DNA of 64,000 nt. Source: Eledone cirrhosa. Its lineage: Eukaryota. How positions within the stretch are numbered: position 1 is the stretch's first letter; each line of letters starts with the position of its first letter. Of the stretch, positions 1-12,080 are shown piece by piece. The position numbers and the translations under genes were made by a program. Location: NCBI GenBank assembly GCA_964016885.1, contig OZ024758.1:4216001-4280000 (forward strand), given 5' to 3'. The notes below the pieces were generated by a model. That model searched no databases. It was not told the DNA's origin and saw nothing but the letters and a program-made list of their open reading frames with translations.

Positions 1-170
1 ACTCATCAGAATCTCAGTTTATAGAGGGCCTGCCATTGACCATATTCAGCTCACACTTATATTACTGGGCACCGCCATGCATTATTTTGTCTTATTTTTC
101 AGGATCTTACTGAAGGTTCAATAGAGAATTTCTAGCACGTCATTCACTGCAGGGAAATAATTACCTTATA
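1..170 (-). pseudogene. Cys-loop/CR-like relic fragment (NGEW region), runs off window
   Basis: Minus strand reads AEYGQWQALYKTE, resembling the ENGEW motif; same YGQW word as the relic at ~9120. Confidence 0.35.
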
Positions 171-179
171 TTATCTCTG

Positions 180-352
180 GGGCAGTGGATTGGCAGTAGC
201 GGTAGAGGGTTCGATGTCATGCTTTGAGGCATAGAGTTGCGGCCCTTGCCATTCTGAGTTCACTTTGCCTTTCATCCTTACGGGGTCGATAAAATAAAGT
301 ACCAGTAATGCACTGGGGTAATTGGTGGCCTTGTGCCAAAAGTAGAAACAAT
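180..352 (+). mobile_element. Octopod tRNA-derived SINE, family 1 (Nin/Deu-like core)
   Basis: Head TTGGCAGTAGCGGTAGAG, core TTTGCCTTTCATCCTTACGGGGTCGATAAAATAAAGTACCAG, tail GGCCTTGTGCCAAAAGTAGAAACAATT; more than 30 copies in window. Confidence 0.9.
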
Positions 353-463
353 TATTATTGGCTATGTATTTGCTATTATTTCATGTGGGTGTTTCCAAAT
401 GTCAGAACTAACTTATACACAATGAGCACTAACATGTAAGCTCAAATATCCGCAATAATGTAA

Positions 464-598
464 TAATTGTTTCTACTTTTGGCACAAGGCCAGCAATTAT
501 CCCAGTGTATTACTGGTACTTTATTTTATCGACCCCGTAAGGATGAAAGGAAAAGTTAACCTAGGCGGGATTTGAACTCAGAATGGCAAGGGCCGTAA
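464..598 (-). mobile_element. SINE family 1, 5'-truncated
   Basis: Reverse complement of core and tail. Confidence 0.9.
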
Positions 599-667
599 TG
601 TAATAATACAAAGATTCTGTTAAATTCGTATTGTCATTGTTAGTTTTATTAATTTTTTTATTAATGG

Positions 668-865
668 CTTGGCAGTATCGGTAGAGGGTCGGACGCCATG
701 CTTTGCAGCAAAGAGTTACAGACCTTTATAATCTGAGTTCAGATCCCGTTCCTTTTCATCCATACAGGGTTGATGAAATAAAGTACCAGTCACGCACTGG
801 GTTCGATTTAATCGACTTTCCCCCTCCCCAAAAAATGCTGGCCTTGTGACTATATAAGAAACCAT
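668..865 (+). mobile_element. SINE family 1, long-tail variant
   Basis: Head plus core plus GTTCGATTTAATCGAC...CCCC tail variant. Confidence 0.85.
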
Positions 866-1024
866 TAATTTCCATATTGGTTACAACAGATCAGTTTTAA
901 ATTTAAAAAAACCTATAATTTAATCAATGCAGGTGTAACATGCTCTAACACTGTTTAAGATTATAGAATTTCACATGAGTCAGATCCATTTGCTTTATCT
1001 AGATAAACGATTGACTATTTAGCC

Positions 1025-1692
1025 CAGAGGTTCCCAAAATGTATAGGCTACTGCCCCACTCAAAGAAACGTGGCACCCTCAGCGCCCCCACCCCTATTTC
1101 CAGAGAGATCTACCGTCAGGCAAATTGGAAATAATATACAATAAATAAATCTTTAATTTATATATAATAAATATTATAATATATACTATGTATAAATAGA
1201 TATAGTATTTTGTTTTTATTTTACTATATATATATATATATAGTATATATAAAATAGACCCAGCGTAGTTACGTCCCTTTACGATCTGAGTTCAAATCCC
1301 GCTGAGGTTAACTTTGCCTTTCATACTTACGGGGTTCATAAAATAAAGTACCAGTAATATACTGGGTATTTGCTGGCATTGTGCCAAAAGTAGACAGAAT
1401 TATATCATTTCTACCACCAGTGGTTTGGCAGAATCGGTAGAGCGTCACACACCATGGTTTGTAGCATAGTTATGGCCCTTTCTGTTATGAGTTCAAATCC
1501 GCCAAGGTTAACTTTGCCTTTCATCCTTACGAGGTCGATAAAATAAAGTACCAGCGATGCACTGGGGTAATCGCTGGCTTTGTGCCAAAAGTAGAAACTA
1601 TATCATTTCTACCACCACCTTAGGCCCCAGAGCCCCTGCGGAACTTCTTAACGCTCCCCAAGTAGTGGTAGAGCCCACTCTGAGGACCTCTG
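1025..1692. mobile_element. Non-autonomous hAT (Charlie-like) MITE carrying two nested SINEs (~1262-1402, ~1420-1600)
   Basis: Terminal inverted repeats CAGAGGTTCCCAAA ... CTGAGGACCTCTG; degenerate 8-bp flanks ATTTAGCC / TCTTAGAC with central TAG. Confidence 0.6.
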
Positions 1693-1739
1693 TCTTAGAC
1701 GGTCTTTCGTTGGCTTATGATTAATAAGAATATTTTAGT

Positions 1740-2040
1740 ATGTTATTCTATGCTTTGTGAAGGATAGCGGAAACCATTTGAATAAAGTCGGTGGAACGTT
1801 TGCTGTAACAGATTCGGAGACACCATTTTGTTCTATGTAATTACAATAATGTTCAGGGAAATAGGGGAAAATGCAATAAATGGAATCTAGGAATTTTATG
1901 ATGTTTCTCAGCTCAATTTTATACGAAAGACAGAGCTCAATCTTCAGGCCAGACGTAAATTGTAAATGAAATAATGATTACATTTGTAAATCGTATGTTC
2001 GGTTGCATATATTTGAATAAGGTTTTATGTATTATTTACT
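1740..2040 (-). pseudogene. Cys-loop/CR-like relic, extracellular domain
   Basis: KTLFKYMQPNIRF..VIIISF; KLS*E (LxW with TGG>TGA); IPFIAFSP; KWFPL. Confidence 0.45.
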
Positions 2041-2094
2041 CAATAATATGTCTGATGAATGTTTGTATATGTGCGAAAATAAGTGTGTGTACAT

Positions 2095-2427
2095 TATATA
2101 TATATATATACATGTATGTATATATACATAGATCTGTATAATATATCTATGTATGTATATATACATAGATCTGTATAATATATCTATGTATGTATATATA
2201 CATAGATCTGTATAATATATCTATATAATATAACTATATATATATATATATATGTATATATGTACATTTTATATATACACACACACACACATTTTATAAA
2301 TACACACACACACACATTTTATAAATACACACACATTTTATAAATACACACATTTTATAAATACACACACATTTTATATACAAACATATATACATACATA
2401 CACATATATACATACACACACATAAAT

Positions 2428-2485
<58 letters not shown>
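2095..2485. repeat. TA/CA microsatellite mosaic including ~38-bp unit x3
   Basis: GTATGTATATATACATAGATCTGTATAATATATCTAT repeated three times; (TA)n and (CA)n. Confidence 0.9.
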
Positions 2486-2489
<4 letters not shown>

Positions 2490-2734
2490 GTTTAATTACT
2501 TGTATCATTCTCTGAGTTTAGTTATTTTCCTTCTTAACTGCTGTATGTGATTGTATTTAGTATTTGTTTCATATCAAGACTACTCTGATACGTTTATAGT
2601 TGATCTAAGATGAAAGTCTATATATTATATAATATATAGTAACCCACGGAAAAGAACACCAAACCCACTTAGATACAGTCGCGTCGGCATTCGATGAGGT
2701 GTATATCGATCTAAATATGAATAATTATATAAGT

Positions 2735-3015
2735 CTTTCATCCTTATGGGGTCGATAAAATAAAAGTACCAGTAATGCACTGGATAATTGCTGGCCTTGT
2801 GCCAAAAGTAGAAACAATTATATAAGTCTGTGGATTGGCAGTATCGGTAGAGCGTCGGACTCCACGCTTAGCAGCAAAGAGTTACGGCCCTTTATGGTCG
2901 GAGTTCAAATCCCGCCGACGTTTACTTTGCCTTTCATCCTTACGCGGTCGATAAAATAAAGCACCAGTAATACACTGGGGTAATTGCTGGCCTTGTGCCA
3001 AAAGTAGAAACAATT
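2735..3015 (+). mobile_element. Two tandem SINE family 1 copies
   Basis: Core plus tail at ~2735-2822, near full copy at ~2830-3015. Confidence 0.9.
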
Positions 3016-3917
3016 GTATATGTCTGTGTATAGCCATACACTACACTTATATATGTCAAACTTAAACAGAAATATCAAAGCCAGCATTGATGAAATATAT
3101 CAGTTTAACGCTTGAAACTGCAAGAAAAGAGTCTTATCGTTTCGGAGAGTAATCCTTCATCAGATAATACATTACATATATGAATTTTAACAGATGTTAT
3201 ATTTTAGGATGGTTCATGGCGCCATTAAAAGCACACGCAAACGTTGCGATTCCCCTTTTATTATTTGACTACCTAATCCATTCATTGCTTAGTTAAACAG
3301 CAAGGTGGGTGTTTATTGGTTAATTTTCAAAGTTCTTTTATAACATAATCTGTGACTGTCCATGTTTCTTCTGATTTTGTTCTATTTAATTAATCCTGTA
3401 TTTTGAAGTTGTGTACATGGATGGATGGTCAGTCAGTCAGTGTTGCTACTTCTGAGAGGTTCTGTGTTCTACATGAATGGATGAGTTTTGGTGCAAACAT
3501 GTGTGTTTTTATATCTTGTTTCTGCTCCATGTTTTTGTGGCTAGATGAACGCTCTCTCTCTCTTCCCCTCAGCTAATACTCTATTCCTGTTGTATGTGTG
3601 AATGTGTGTGTTTGCAACAATTTATGAAGATAATTCTATGTAGGAATTTATTTCTCTTTTATAAAGACACCTATCTATATATATATGTGTGTATGTATTT
3701 CCTTAGATATATCTCCAGTTTATGCTAATGCCTACAAGACAAATTAGATTCTGATGCGGCAATTAAATACCCGACACAAAATTACGTAAATTTGAAATAT
3801 TTTATTTTAATAGGAAACTTTGCAAAGCAATAATTTTAGCGAATTCATTAAACATTACAAAATTGACAGCTAAATGAAGTTTGCAATTATAATAAATAGC
3901 CTCAGTAAGAGTATTTC

Positions 3918-4465
3918 TCACGTTGTCACAGCTGCAAAGAGGCCCCTAGCAAGGATTTCAATAACTGTTTTAAAATTTGCTTCGAAACCGACAAGAATGT
4001 AGTTGACAGCCTGTATTATAGCAACAGTAGCAGCTGTGTAGAATGCTGCAAAGATGACAGTGCAACAACCACAAAAACAGAAATAATTAGGATAGCCATG
4101 ACAACAATCCTTTGTCCATGAATGCACAATAGTTTGAAATGTATTAAATGGTTAGGAATAATTTCTCACTTAAAGAATTCAGGCTTATACAAAACAAACG
4201 TAATCTCCCACATACTTTATCCCCAACTGGTTCTCTTATGCAGACAGGAATCGCTTATACAAATATATAATGTCAATGTCATTCACACAAGAGTTTATAC
4301 ACGCATCTGAATAATGTTAACATGTTGCTAGATGCATGCAAGCAAAAGTCTTCAATTATTATATGCATATCCGTACAGATTTTCTGAATAGCACAGAGAA
4401 AAGATTCAGCTTCTATTATTTTAAATATAAAGAGAATAAATGTAATGTTGAAAACAATAAAGAAG
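3918..4465 (-). pseudogene. Condensed Cys-loop/CR-like pseudogene (ECD through M4)
   Basis: FNITFILFIFKIIEAE; QKICTDMHII; YKLLCE/IDIIY (Cys-loop); MWEIT; one frame YKPEFFK*EIIP..GQRIVVMAILIISVFVVVALSSLQHST (M1-M2); FKTVIEILARGLFAAVTT* (M4). Confidence 0.65.
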
Positions 4466-4522
4466 GCTATGTATGTATGTATGTATGTATGCATGTGTGT
4501 GTACGTATATATATATATATAC

Positions 4523-4557
<35 letters not shown>

Positions 4558-4799
4558 AGCACAGAGAGGGGAGGGACGACAGAAGAGGAGATAGATAGAC
4601 GGATAATCGGGCAATGACTGTGCGTGAAGATTCTTTTTAAAGTGAGGAAAGACTGTGCACGGTGCCAATCCCACTCTCTGAGTGACAGTATCTATACCCC
4701 GAAAAGAAGAAAATATCAACATCATCGGTAACTACTGAGCCGCAGGTATTATGTTTTATATATACATATATATATATACACAGATATACATAGGAAAAG

Positions 4800-5050
4800 A
4801 GTCAGGATCCCGACGGCTGAGTTCCGGCCATTTCGATAGCTAGATCTGATCTACATGTTGATATACATATAAATATTATACACACACATTTATATATATA
4901 TATATATATAACAAAGGAATTGTGGTAAGGAACCAGATGGACCATAACGCACCAGAGTACTCAATACTTAGGGTAGTAGATGGGAAATAGGAAAAAGTAT
5001 GACCCCGACGGCAGAGCTCAAGCCGTTTCAACGGCTATTTCTGGACTCGT
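4800..5050. mobile_element. Short repeat family embedded in (TA)n (Penelope-terminus-like)
   Basis: CCCGACGGCTGAGTTCCGGCCATTTCGA at ~4808, a diverged copy at ~5004, homologous to 43930-44105. Confidence 0.6.
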
Positions 5051-5077
5051 CTATATACACACACACATATGTATATA

Positions 5078-5113
<36 letters not shown>

Positions 5114-5269
5114 CACACACACATACATATATACACATATATGTATATATATGTTATGTATTTATGTATGTATATATACAGTGTATATCGCTGAAAATAT
5201 TTGATGACTTAACACACCATTAAAGAAATTATTATAATATATATTCACGTCACCATATTTTCTAATAGT

Positions 5270-6460
5270 GTATTAAAAGAGATACAATTATGCTATATTT
5301 TAAAATAGACTTCAGACACTATCTAAAATGAAGACACCTAACTGCAAAACAACAATTTATTTTATTTTATGAATTGAGGAAATTTAATATCCTTTTTCTT
5401 TTTATATATTCCATAATTTACTATTTTATGAATATTTTTGGTTAAGTATTTGGTGACGTTTATAGTTTTATTGCATGAAGTTTTGGTTATACCAACTGAA
5501 ATAAATTGTAGTGTACATGTGTGTTCGTAAGTGTGCCTATATGTATAGGTGTGTGTAGTTGTGTTTCTGTATCAGTGTGTGCGTCTGTGAGTGTGCTTAT
5601 ATGTGTACGTGTGTGTCTGAGTGTGTTGATACGTATATGTGTGCATGCTTGTGTCTGTGTGTCTTTCTGTATTAGTGTGTCTGTGAATGTGTTGATATGT
5701 ATATTTGTGCGTGATTGTGTCTGTGTGTCTCTGTGTCAGTGTGTGTGATGCTGTATGTGTGTGAGTGTGTTGATATGCATATGTGTGAGTGCTTGCGTGT
5801 GTGTCTTTCTGTTTCAGTGTGCGTGTGTGGCTGTGTGTGAATGTGAGTGTGTTGATATGCATGTGTGTGCGTGCTTGTGTCTGTGTGTCTGTGTGTCTTT
5901 CTGTATCAGTGTGTGTGTGTCTGTTAGTGTGTTGATATGTAGATGTGTGCGTGCTTGTGTCTTTGAATGCGTTTCTGTCCCTGTGTGTGTGTGCATCTAT
6001 ATGTGTGTTGATATATATGTGTGCGAGACTTGTGCCTGTGTGTGGCTGTATGGATGTGTGTGTATGTGGGAGGTGGCGAATCTTTTATAGAATTAAGTAG
6101 GTGGGATGAAAGTAAAGATGAGTAAGTCAAATAGTAAAACTAAGTGAAAAAAATATTCACGAACAAAATTGAAATTTCATGAGAATATGGAATGACATAC
6201 AGTAAGGGAAAAATAAATTGATGTACCAGAAATAAGGGGTTTATTAACATAGAGAACAAGGTAAGCTGAGGAGAACCTCACTGTAAATGTTTCTAGAAAC
6301 CTTCCCATCTATCTATCAAACCCTTCCCACCATGCAATCTAAAACCAACATGCGAGAGTTTTAACGAAATGAAAATTTAACCTAATAAGAAATCTTTTGA
6401 AAAACTACAGCGGAGAAAGCAGGCTTCACTAGCATCAATTTTTTTGTACATCTAAAGATC
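5270..6460 (-). pseudogene. Cys-loop/CR-like pseudogene split by a TG-rich microsatellite (5520-6070)
   Basis: IRLNFHFV; RWE; NPLFLVHQFIFPLLYVIPYSHE (M1); LLSSHLLNSIKDSP (M2 end); LQFISVGIT; FILDSV (M4). Confidence 0.55.
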
Positions 6461-6461
6461 A

Positions 6462-6494
<33 letters not shown>

Positions 6495-7609
6495 AGAAAA
6501 TGAGGTTTTTTTTTTTATTAAAATAACGAGACGTCCTACACGGGTGAAAATATAAGCTAAAGATATAGAAAATTCAACTGGAGTCTTTTTTAATATTTAT
6601 TTATTTCCTTTACCGGTTCACAATTCTGATGCTACCGGTTCGGTTTTTATGGTCCCTTTACCGGTTCACGTTATTCAAACGTTGAATTGAGATGCAGGGT
6701 TTGTGGCTTTTCTCGTGTGTGTGTGTGTGTATGTATATATATATATATATATATACCAGTTGCGCTTTTTGAATCCCCTTTTTATTTTCATTATATATTT
6801 AATATATGTGGAGAGATTTATATTTCAAGGAAACATTTTCTGCTTTCATGCTAAAGTAGGATCATCATTATATTATTCATATTACTACACACATTCGCAC
6901 ATGACATGTGTCGAAGATTCCGCACAGCGGGACTGGATACAGAATCAACCAGTCGTGATACAAGTTCGTTCAACTCCCAGTACTATGCCTATGTTAATAG
7001 ATATTTTTTCACATTTTCCTCATGAGTGTGAATGCGTCTCTCCGCATGCGTGCGTGTGTGTGTGAATAAATTTATCTATGTTGATCCGGAAACAATGTAT
7101 GTTTTGCTTTTTTATTTATAAATATCTAAAATTCTGAACAATGCTAAACTAATTAAATACTATAAATTTCAATAAAATCTGATACTGCTTCTAGAATCCT
7201 TTTATTTGTATTCGAAGCTACGAGAAAAATGTAATTTCTTTTTTTTTGATCGATAGAAATCATCTTAAGCCTCATGATTTATTTTATTTTGATATAATAT
7301 AATTCATATACAGAACTTGGAGTAGGGCCATATTCCTTCTACATTAAATCAACATAAACCAATTTTCGTAGATCTTTTTAGAAGGCAATTTATTTTCTTC
7401 TAAACTCTTCAGTTAAGCAATTAAATTTATTATATCAGCGAGAGAGATATATTGAATGAAGTAATCGAGCAGAGTGAGGGAGAACGGTAGAATTTGAGTA
7501 TGTGTATGTGTGTGTTTCTGTGTCCGTGAGCATATCTATGTGTATATGTTTGTGCGTTTCTGTGTTCGTGTGTGCCTATTTGTTTATTTGGTTTTACATA
7601 GCGTGTGTG

Positions 7610-7970
7610 GATGGATGTATCTGTGGTATCTCCAAAATATTTTCTAATATGTAAACCAACAGAAGGTATTTCTATGCATTATTTTCATTCCCGATCGACC
7701 TGGTTATACAAGTACTATGTCAATAATAACACTAGTAATTGTAGACAAGAAAGTGAATTGTTATTAATGTCGGGATGCTTCTTATATTTACAGTATTGCA
7801 TGCAATATTAAGTTGGCTACAATAGGGAAATACTGGACACAAGTGTTGAAAACGTCCTATGTAGTTATGTAGTTGGGATAGCATTGAATACTTCACCTTT
7901 AGTTTGTCCATCTAATAAACGTATGTTTAACAGATTTGATCCTAGTTTTAATTTTTATCTTATTAATGGA
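7610..7970 (-). pseudogene. Cys-loop/CR-like relic, extracellular domain
   Basis: FIRWTN*R (WxDxR); LNIACNTV; GLHIRKYFGDT (Cys-loop xDIxxFPFDT-like). Confidence 0.5.
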
Positions 7971-8240
7971 GGTAAGTGGCCTAATGGTACGTGTATTGGT
8001 CTTCCGATCATAATGTCGTGGGTTCGATTCCTGGACTGGGTTGCGTGTTTCTTCCTTAATCAATATACTTAATTTTCACGTTGCTCCAGTATACTCAGCT
8101 GAGTAGCAGCAAGTGCCAGGTTTTTAGCCTTGCGATGGACTGGCGGCTTGTTCCAGGGAAGTCTTGTACTCTCAGACGCTTCACGCCATGTAACTGAGAT
8201 AAGCTCTGGACCAACGGGCCTTCTGCCTAGACTTCTACCT
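7968..8240 (+). mobile_element. tRNA-derived SINE family 2 (MetaSINE-like core)
   Basis: A/B boxes TGGCCTAATGG...GGTTCGATTCC; core GCGATGGACTGG..CCAGGG..TACTCTCAG..GCTTCACGCCATG..ATAAGCTC; second copy at 21390. Confidence 0.75.
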
Positions 8241-8289
8241 AGATTGTAGACGAATGTTTCCCCAGACTACGAAAACAATTATGTACATG

Positions 8290-8500
8290 AAGCGTTGAAT
8301 AGTTCCTTGTATATACTATGTAGCTGGGGCCACATTGAATCTTTCATCTTTTTGTCCACCGAATAAACGTAAGCTTAACAGAGTTGATCCTCCTCTGGAG
8401 TTTAAAAATGTTGAGCTTAGTTTCACTTTTGTCTCATTAAAAGCCACAATTTTCTGATAATGCTTTGTCAACAACCTTAAAGTGTTTCCTATATGAATTA
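8290..8500 (-). pseudogene. Cys-loop/CR-like N-terminal relic (paralogous to 7845-7970)
   Basis: LRLLTKHYQKIVAFNETKVKLS; W..DERF..WP (WxDxRLxWxP) with frameshifts; DNA similarity to 7845-7970. Confidence 0.5.
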
Positions 8501-8959
8501 TCTAGCTAAATTTGATGTGTTTTCCTTAGTCCAACTTCTCATTATTACCTCAGTATGTTTGATGTGTTTTGTTTAGACCTACTTTCCACTAGAGCGAGGA
8601 AGACTAAGGGTTTAGAATTCCCAATTAAGAATTATTTCTGATATACTGTGTCTAAAACTATATTACCAGTTGTGGTATTTGTTTTACGTAGCAAGCTGTG
8701 ATTTGGGAAGCATTTGGCTGATGTTTCTAGCGTTCATATGCATGGTTGTTCTAACAATCATAGTGGATAGTTGTGCTTAAAGAATTCACTGCACTTTTAG
8801 TCTGAATGATTCACGCTCGCTTGTGTACAGTTTTGCTAGTTTCCGTTCAAATCGCCTGGGATCGATATTACTGAATCTAACTAAGAGACTAATGGAATTG
8901 GCACTACTCCAATGCTTGTGTTGATTCATCCGGATTAATTCCTTTTTCTATTAATTTCA

Positions 8960-9460
8960 TCTTCGTTTTACATGTTATTGACTTGATGCAAAGTATCTAT
9001 ATTTTAGAGAAGGTACAGTGGGGGATGCAACGTTCATAGCATTACTAACGTTATTAGCAGCATAAGTGAAATGAAATGGCTTTAGATGGAAATTGATATG
9101 TTTATGAATTATTGTTTTCCCATTGACCGTAAACAGTTTTGATGATTTAACTTCTTATAGGAAAGATAATTAAAAAAACCTGGGTAAACTGAGATATTAA
9201 ATGATTTAGCGGGAAAGGAAAATATAAATCAGCTGATGGTATGTGAAACTACGTTGCTTTCAATAGTTGGTCAGTTACGAATGACATTGTTAGCTAACAA
9301 TTATATGCAATCTATTTTTACAAATAATTTTGAATATTCCAATAAATTAAGCCATGCAAATTCTCCCCATTGATACCACCAACATTTGAATAAAATACTG
9401 AAGTTGATATATTTCAATTAAAAAATATTCCGTTATTTTATATTTATTGTGTTAAACATT
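8960..9460 (-). pseudogene. Cys-loop/CR-like relic
   Basis: VYGQWEN..AISFHL followed by hydrophobic SLMLLITLVML. Confidence 0.4.
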
Positions 9461-9650
9461 TGTCACAACGCCAACAATTTTAAGGGGGTGGAAAAGTCAA
9501 TTAACTCGACCCCAGAGCGTTACCGGTACTTTAATTTATCAAGCCTGTAAAGATGAAAGGCAAAGCTAACCGAGACGGGGTCTGAAAACTAACCTCAGCA
9601 CGTAAAGAGCCGCAAATATATGTCGTAACGCATATTGCCCGATAGTCTAC
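9458..9650 (-). mobile_element. Old diverged SINE family 1
   Basis: Degenerate core GATGAAAGGCAAAG... Confidence 0.7.
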
Positions 9651-9719
9651 CAAAGTGTGAATCCATTCCCGATAGTCTACCAAAATGTGAATCCATTGCC
9701 CTTACTGCTTTCTGAAAAT

Positions 9720-10185
9720 AAAACAATATAGGAACTGAGCAGATAAGAACTATCTAAGACATCACACAAGATGAGATTATTCCTTGGTTACCTTATATAA
9801 TTAGTTATCTTCTAGCTATTAGGGTAAGTCTATAATAATTCGGCCAATATGTACAGAATCTTAAAGTAAAGAAATAACGCACATGTCTGTTTTAATATTG
9901 TTAAGCAAATCATAAAAGCTGTAGTGATTGTCTACTTTTTCACTTACACGTCGAAATACTATTCTTGGTTTAAAAGTAACCTATTGAATATTTTAATGTG
10001 TAAAATAAACTAAGAAAATATTACGTTGTGACTACCTGCACTGGTTATGCACAATCTCTTTCACGCATTACATTTTACAGACAGGTTGATCCGTTCTTCA
10101 CAAAACTGGAGCATTTGTGATAGGACGAAACTGAGCTACAACACACAATATTTACACCAACTGGAAACTGTAGAGCCACAACATT
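9720..10185 (-). pseudogene. Condensed Cys-loop/CR-like pseudogene
   Basis: FRPITNAPV; VSEKV/TITTAFMICLTIL (M2); ALFLYFKILYIL (M3); ILCDVLDSSYLL (M4). Confidence 0.45.
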
Positions 10186-10200
10186 ATCAATTATTATCAA

Positions 10201-10388
10201 GGGGCGGTGAATTGGCAGTATCGGTAGAGAGTCGGAATCCATGCTTTGCAGCATAGTTACGTCCCTTTACGATCCTAGTTCAAATCCCGCCGAGGTTAAC
10301 TTTGCCTTTCATCCTTACGGGGTCGATAAAATAAAGTACCAGTAATGTACTCAGTAATTGCTGGCCTTGTGCCAAAAGTAGAAACAAA
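10201..10388 (+). mobile_element. Full-length SINE family 1 with target-site duplication
   Basis: GGGGCGGTGAATTGGCAG head; AACATTATCAA at 10180-10190 and 10387-10397. Confidence 0.92.
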
Positions 10389-10419
10389 CATTATCAAGTA
10401 TTCCAATCAACTGAAATAT

Positions 10420-10580
10420 AAATTCTCCCCATAAAATATATTAATATCTACGGTATACAATGGCGACTAAAATAACCTAGGGTTAACTGCATTCTTTCCC
10501 GAATTTTCGATGTTAATAAAACAAATATATAGATAATTATGGTAGGAGTAATGTATGTTAGCAGATTTAATGTTCCAGAA
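10420..10580 (-). pseudogene. Cys-loop/CR-like relic, M1-M2
   Basis: NLLTYITPTIIIYIFVLLTSKIRERM (M1, then FVFLLP..SGER-like). Confidence 0.5.
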
Positions 10581-11339
10581 AAAAAAAAATTGTAATATTT
10601 ATTTTTCCTTTTGTTGTGTCTTCAAACATAACCAATGAATAATCTGCTCTTCTTAACAGTGTTTATAAAATATCTAACAGAAATATATGGCTTATATTTA
10701 AACATGTATAATAAACATGTATAACATTTGCTACAACTTCGTTATGTTGTGTCAATGTTATAAATCAATATAATTTCTAAGATATAACCAATATAACCTA
10801 ACACATCGTTGCTTTCTCAATCTGGCATTTTATATTTTGATATAAAATACGTTTAAATAAAACCTATTGATTCTAGTGCGCAATCTTAAATGAGCCGTAT
10901 ATCATTTAATTTAATATATGAAAATGAATGGTTCTTAAACTGAAATGTTTCTCTTGATTATTCATTCGTCCATAAATAAATACAGTGTCAGTATTATCAC
11001 ATAACGTCAATCGCACGTTTTTAATTACGTTTTTTTAATTGCTTGCGGTTTTTTAGAAGATGTTTAAGACGCATACCTTGCCTGATATGTTAAATCAAAA
11101 TAGTGTTCTATAAAGATCTCATTTATACAATCATTGTATGGAAATTAATCTAGGTTATACGATTAACAGCTACTACTCTGAATAATCATTGAAAGAATTT
11201 TAATATCCGTACCAAGCATCTTGTTGAATATGGCTGCTTAATGCTGGCTGACAGCGCTTCTGACTCTCTTCAAATGACTGTTGTAATGTCTTATCAATTT
11301 ATGCGCTCGTTTATAGTCATTCAACTCTTCAAATCAAAG

Positions 11340-12080
11340 ACACAAACTCGAATATATTTCTTTTCTAATTACAACTTCGATCCTGATAAATGGTACTAAA
11401 TCCTCGGATAATGTGTCCTGTTTGCTGTTTACTTTACCCCAACATCACCAGTATTAACTGTATCATTCTGCTGCACATGTAAACGATAGGCATAAGATTA
11501 AATTGTTGTAATAAACTGCAATGTATTTCGCCTTTAGAAAAGATCAATTTTGTAAGAGAAAATGTTGCACACCATTCACATAGCTTCAGCAATCAAATGG
11601 TGAATATTTGATAATGTCCACGTTATACGAAAAGCATTGACGAAAATATACTGAACCCATCATGTCTCGAGTAATATCACTCAACATTTTAAAACTTTAC
11701 TGAACAGTTTTCCTTACTATCAATTTGTACAGGCACACAAATGTATTGGTGATACGTATGTGGCATGTCATTATTAAGGAGATACCAGGTACCTTTAAAC
11801 GATAATGATTACACACGTTTGTGTATAGGTAAGTAAAATCTACAAAGTATAATTACAAAATAAACAGTAATAGATTATGATTTGTCTTCATTTGCTGAAA
11901 ATGATTTAAATATTGTGTAAAATGCATTTATTTATGGTATATAAGGGTGGAAAACTAATCGATATTCTGTTATCTTCCAAAACATTAATGGTAATCATGT
12001 ACACAGAACACCGAATAAAACAAACCTCGTTGTTCTGTTGAAAAATATTGATTTTTCTTGACCTAGAAATTATATCCTCA
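11340..12080 (-). pseudogene. Cys-loop/CR-like pseudogene, extracellular domain
   Basis: TEYRL; SITVYF; SLSFKG; LIVRKTV..FKML; NVDIIKYSPFD at 11592-11621 (Cys-loop signature); PFIRIEVVIRK. Confidence 0.7.

Noticed and set aside
2905-3087. Recurrent peptide ..YFIDPVRMKGKVNLGGI in several ORFs
   Set aside because: Antisense translation of the SINE core, not a gene family.
3874-4120. Plus-strand Ly6/three-finger-like reading (RCHSCK...CVECCKDD/CNN)
   Set aside because: Needs two frameshifts and lacks the internal cysteines; the minus strand gives a better collinear M1-M4 Cys-loop match consistent with the rest of the array.
8290-8520. Penelope GIY-YIG-proximal ORF reading (IGNTLRLLTKH..FNETKVKLS)
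   Set aside because: The following W..DER..WP motif and paralogy with 7845-7970, which leads into a Cys-loop-like motif, favour a receptor relic; not fully excluded.
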